Positions 15,641 through 19,244 of a stretch of DNA of 19,244 nucleotides are shown one piece after another. The notes under the pieces are model-generated. The model ran no database searches. It was not told the origin of the DNA and saw nothing but the letters and a program-made list of their open reading frames with translations. Made by a program: the position numbers and the translations under genes. The stretch spans positions 1-19,244 of the forward strand of contig CAYWJO010000057.1 of NCBI GenBank assembly GCA_964458565.1, given 5' to 3'. Within the stretch, counting starts at the first letter, position 1. Each line of letters starts with the position of its first letter. Source of the stretch: an uncultured archaeon. Its GTDB lineage: Archaea > Asgardarchaeota > Thorarchaeia > Thorarchaeales > Thorarchaeaceae.

Positions 15641-16990
15641 TTAAAATACTGCATCTTGGATTATCTTCTCTTGTTCAATAACCCATGTATCAAAATCAAT
15701 GGGTCTTGATGGATATTGTGCATAATGAGTTGATATCCTCCTCATCAGCTTTGACGCTTTCTGTAGCTTTCTTAGAAGACTTATTTTCGATATCCCTCTA
15801 CCCAACCGCTTCATCTTATCAGCAATACTAAGAGATAATCCATCCCCCCGGTTAGCAGCCATCAAATCATCTGCTTCTAGAATCCTTTTCTCAAAACCAA
15901 AATTCATATCGCTGTCTGAAACAGATTGTAGCAATCTTCTGAAGATTTCTAATGAAGCCAATCGGGTTCCAAATCCTGAGAGAAATCTTGTATTGTAGTA
16001 CCACAACCCTCTTGCAGTTGTGTTTTTTCTTGCAATTGCCTCTTTCGCTACTTCCGCCAATATTATGCCCGCTCGCATTCCTGCCCCTATCCCCCCACCG
16101 TGTATTGGGTTGACTTGGAAGGCAGCATCTCCAACAAATGCAACTCCATTACTGACAAGACTTGATATTGGTCTTCTTACTGGAACCGCTCCCCCCTTAC
16201 CCTCAAGCAGTTTACTTCCAAATAATAGAGGATACTGATCTTTGAGTTTCTGAAAGTGCACTTTTGGTGATCCCCTTCCATCTCCTCCTCCAATCCCTAC
16301 CCCAACATTTACAGTTTGAGGTCCTTTAGGAAAAATCCACGCATACCCTTGGGGTGCCCACACTCCACCAAGAAGAACACGAGCGACCTGTGGTTCAGCT
16401 AATGGGACTTTCAATTCGAGAATTTCCCTATAGCAGAGGGCGACATCTTCCTTAGCTATCTCTTTCTCTACATATGGTAAATCAAGTTTCTTTCTAATAA
16501 CTGAAGCAAAACCACTTGCATCAATAATTAATTTCGCAGTGATTGAGATTTCATCCTTTGAGTCAAGATTCAAACATTCAATTCCAACTACCTCGTCTCC
16601 TTTCACCGTGGGTTCCTTGACATGATAATTCTCTCTGAAAATAACGCCTGCATCTAGAGCTTCTCTTAGTAATCTCTGACCAAACAATAAACGATTAACT
16701 GTCCATCCGTCAAAATCTTTCCACCCACGTACTTGGAGCTCATTTTTCATACTAGGTGGATAAACGTCAGCTCCTAAGATAACCTGTGATATCTCATCTC
16801 CCTTTGGACGTTCAATTCCGGTAGCATCGAAATGAGATTTGCTTATTTCATCACCACATACCTTCTGCCCAACCAGACTTTTTTCTTTTCTATCAACGAG
16901 TAAGGTCCTAAGACCCAATTCTGCACATCTTCGAGCTGTAACGCATCCTGCAGAACCTGCTCCAACAATTACAACATCTGGTCGTCTCAA
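15641..16990 (-). CDS. Geranylgeranyl reductase family flavoprotein (digeranylgeranylglycerophospholipid reductase-like)
   Basis: VVIVGAGSAG FAD motif, KVCGD, IDASG, PQGYAWIFPKG, NVGVG, VGDAAFQVNPIHGGGI. Confidence 0.9.
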   Translation of the reverse strand: MRRPDVVIVGAGSAGCVTARRCAELGLRTLLVDRKEKSLVGQKVCGDEISKSHFDATGIERPKGDEISQVILGADVYPPSMKNELQVRGWKDFDGWTVNRLLFGQRLLREALDAGVIFRENYHVKEPTVKGDEVVGIECLNLDSKDEISITAKLIIDASGFASVIRKKLDLPYVEKEIAKEDVALCYREILELKVPLAEPQVARVLLGGVWAPQGYAWIFPKGPQTVNVGVGIGGGDGRGSPKVHFQKLKDQYPLLFGSKLLEGKGGAVPVRRPISSLVSNGVAFVGDAAFQVNPIHGGGIGAGMRAGIILAEVAKEAIARKNTTARGLWYYNTRFLSGFGTRLASLEIFRRLLQSVSDSDMNFGFEKRILEADDLMAANRGDGLSLSIADKMKRLGRGISKISLLRKLQKASKLMRRISTHYAQYPSRPIDFDTWVIEQEKIIQDAVF

Positions 16991-17069
16991 CTTTGGTCAA
17001 TGCGCAATTATACATCTGGAATATAAACAACCCGTTTATGGGAGCTTTTCAATTCTGACCACTCATCAC

Positions 17070-17618
17070 CTAAGCATGCTTGAACTCAATGGCAACGATT
17101 GATACAATTATAATAATCACAACTATGACGATTATTGGTGGCATCCAAGCGAGGAAGCGTTCGAAAATAGTGACCGGATCGATTCCTATCCTAGAAATCA
17201 GTGAGAAAGCTACCAAAGCCCCGTATCCTGCAAATATTGGATAGAATATTGGTCCTCCTGTTATTACAAGAAGAAGTATGATGATACCTAAACGGTTCTG
17301 TGTTGGGTCCAGAATTGGAACTGATATCGTTTCATCATCGCCAAATTGGAAATAATATGATATCAAGAAAGTAGGGGCTCTTCTCTTCAAGAATTCCAAA
17401 ATCTGAACTCCGAGCTGTATAATCAAAAGTGTAAAACTATGAGCAATCATGAAACCTAGAACCAACGCATTAAGTATAGGCAGCTCCTCAGTGAAGAATT
17501 GTAGACTCTCAATTAGACCAACAAATACAAAGAAATTAATCATCAATAGAAGAAAGTGTATAATTAGACCTTTCAGATATCTTGTGCCTTTAATCAAGAA
17601 AATTCTGACCTCATCCAA
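17070..17618 (-). CDS. Hypothetical membrane protein (about 4 TM segments)
   Basis: 182-aa hydrophobic ORF whose TTG start is 3 nt after the GTPase stop. Confidence 0.75.
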   Translation of the reverse strand: MDEVRIFLIKGTRYLKGLIIHFLLLMINFFVFVGLIESLQFFTEELPILNALVLGFMIAHSFTLLIIQLGVQILEFLKRRAPTFLISYYFQFGDDETISVPILDPTQNRLGIIILLLVITGGPIFYPIFAGYGALVAFSLISRIGIDPVTIFERFLAWMPPIIVIVVIIIIVSIVAIEFKHA

Positions 17619-17621
17619 GTT

Positions 17622-18215
17622 TCATGTAATCTTGAATGGTCCTTGTGACTGGACCCCTTGAAAAGTTTCTTGGCCTGTCTCTTTCTGTTTCAAAATTGCG
17701 AGAGTCACTAGATCTGTGAAGAGTGTAGTTACATTCTCTCCGGTCTTTGCTGAAGTTTCGTAGTGCTCAACACCTAACCAATCCTTAATCATGATCCCCG
17801 CTTCCGGAGGTACCAGTCTATCTGGTCGGTCTATTTTATTCGCAACAACCGCCACAACTGCGTTAGGGCAGACCGTGATGAATTTTGTATACCACTCTCC
17901 AATATCGAGAAATGTTTGGGGTCGAGTCACGTCATAGACGATGATTGCCATAGCAGCTCCAGCCATATATCTGCGTCTAAGCTCGTTGTAGCTGGGTTGT
18001 CCGGCAAGGTCCCATAAAACCAGTCGTGCTTTCACGTTACTACCGCTGGGCATATCAACTTCAACATTTTTGAGTGCAAAAGTGGTACCAATTGTAGCAA
18101 TGTATCTCTCGCTGAAACTATCCTCAGTATATCTCTTAATGCAGCTGGTTTTACCAACTGATCCGTCTCCTAATGCGACGAGTTTGAACATGTGAGATAT
18201 AGCTTCAGCAGCCAA
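17622..18215 (-). CDS. Rab-like small GTPase (Ras superfamily)
   Basis: G1 GDGSVGKT, G2 YIATIG, G3 WDLAGQ, G4 NKID, G5 ETSAK. No C-terminal Cys. Confidence 0.93.
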   Translation of the reverse strand: MAAEAISHMFKLVALGDGSVGKTSCIKRYTEDSFSERYIATIGTTFALKNVEVDMPSGSNVKARLVLWDLAGQPSYNELRRRYMAGAAMAIIVYDVTRPQTFLDIGEWYTKFITVCPNAVVAVVANKIDRPDRLVPPEAGIMIKDWLGVEHYETSAKTGENVTTLFTDLVTLAILKQKETGQETFQGVQSQGPFKIT

Positions 18216-18448
18216 TTAGCATCACGCCTATTTTCAAGTATTCTCTTCCTAAATTGATATTTAATGATTCTGGCGATTTCCTATTAGGTATAATGTGTGT
18301 GTATTATGAGTCAGAAATAATTAATAAATCAAGTGTTAATAGAAAATTGAGTAAAATCACTTCTGAAAATGAATTACATAACATCACCATAACTGTTAAG
18401 ATACTCTCGGTTCTTTCTTATTCAATACTGACCAATGAGGAAATTATT

Positions 18449-19126
18449 ATGGCAGAGCAGTTCCTGAGTCGTCTTAATCAAATTGAGTCAAGCATTGAAG
18501 GACTTGGCGAGACCCTAAAACGAATGATCACTGTATTGGGGGCTATTACAGAGATTAAATCCGAAGTCACACAGACTAAGGCTGAGATTCTAGCAGCTAT
18601 ATCTGAATTGAAAGCAACCACATCAGAAGCTCCCGCTGTGGCACCCGTTACTGATGAATTGGAGGCCACATTCAAAGCAGAATTAGAAAGTCTCAGAACA
18701 TTTGTAGAGTCCTCGATGGAATCATTGTTGGAGGAAGTGTCATCTGCTGCTGAAAGCGTGCCAGTTCAAGCTGCACAACCTGTAGCCGCTCCAACAGCTA
18801 TACCTGAACCTGTTGCTTCATCACCACCTCCAGTTACAACAACCTCCTCACTCCCAGCAGATAAAGCGATGAAAATTGCTGAACAACTCACTGCTATATT
18901 GAAGTTTTTGAAGATGGGCTGCAAATCAGAGGATGTTCAAGATGCAATGTCTGACGCTAAAGAGGAGATTCTGAAGATTGTCCCGAGTGACCCCGTTATG
19001 ATTCGTATTGACAAATGGGTAGGGATTGTTGCTGCTTATCCAAAGAGAAAGGAACTCCAAGCTCGTGACATATTGAAACTCAAGAAAGAGATCAAAGCTG
19101 AGATAGGTAGCTATTCCCCAGCCTAG
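18449..19126 (+). CDS. Hypothetical protein: N-terminal coiled coil, Ala/Pro-rich linkers, C-terminal helical domain
   Basis: ATG 18449 with a GAGG RBS is preferred to the track start at 18254, whose extra region is AT-rich and intergenic-like. Confidence 0.75.
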   Translation: MAEQFLSRLNQIESSIEGLGETLKRMITVLGAITEIKSEVTQTKAEILAAISELKATTSEAPAVAPVTDELEATFKAELESLRTFVESSMESLLEEVSSAAESVPVQAAQPVAAPTAIPEPVASSPPPVTTTSSLPADKAMKIAEQLTAILKFLKMGCKSEDVQDAMSDAKEEILKIVPSDPVMIRIDKWVGIVAAYPKRKELQARDILKLKKEIKAEIGSYSPA

Positions 19127-19244
19127 TCATCCTCAACTGGTGCTGCGCTAGCAACTAGCTTCAAGGTGGCAAGCACACGGATTACGTCTGCAGACGTGAT
19201 AAGGCCAATTATCTCATTACCTTCAACCACGGGAATGTGTCCTT
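19123..19244 (-). CDS. 3' end of a CBS-domain protein (...GHIPVVEGNEIIGLITSADVIRVL...*)
   Basis: CBS consensus h-P-V-V-x-x-x-x-h-h-G-h-h-T-x-x-D. The TAG at 19125-19123 overlaps the stop of the convergent gene (CTAG). Confidence 0.8.
   Translation of the reverse strand, partial: GHIPVVEGNEIIGLITSADVIRVLATLKLVASAAPVEDD

Noticed and set aside
15641-18215. GGR acting as a Rab prenylation enzyme
   Set aside because: GGR reduces lipid isoprenoid chains and does not transfer prenyl groups, and the GTPase has no C-terminal cysteine.
18254-18448. 65-codon N-terminal extension given by the ORF track
   Set aside because: AT-rich divergent promoter-like sequence. A better RBS and ATG lie at 18449.

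Overview
Archaeal chromosomal segment, most likely from an Asgard archaeon and Thorarchaeia-like. This placement is inferred from RadA, topoisomerase VI, CofE and geranylgeranyl reductase occurring alongside a Rab-like GTPase, a roadblock protein and GGAGG/GGTGA ribosome-binding sites. Left to right it contains: (1) an MFS transporter array with two intact paralogs, a diverged C-terminal-only paralog, a hidden 5' remnant of another copy, a short upstream ORF and shared GTGACC boxes; (2) a GRAM/GLUE-like PH protein with a glycine zipper and zinc ribbons; (3) cofE; (4) a top6B-top6A operon; (5) an amidohydrolase followed by a structured intergenic element; (6) a minus-strand PAP2-like / zinc-ribbon-TPR / Cys-His gene run; (7) roadblock and radA; (8) a Rab-like GTPase, a membrane protein and a geranylgeranyl reductase; (9) a coiled-coil protein and the end of a CBS-domain gene. 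The strongest novelty candidate is the topoisomerase VI. Its Spo11-family A subunit carries about 340 extra N-terminal residues, made of two RadA/Rad51-N-terminal-type HhH domains flanked by H1-like lysine-rich tracts. Its B subunit has an ~80-90 aa GHKL insertion and an acidic tail, and radA lies about 4 kb away. No rRNA, tRNA, CRISPR array or transposase was recognised.
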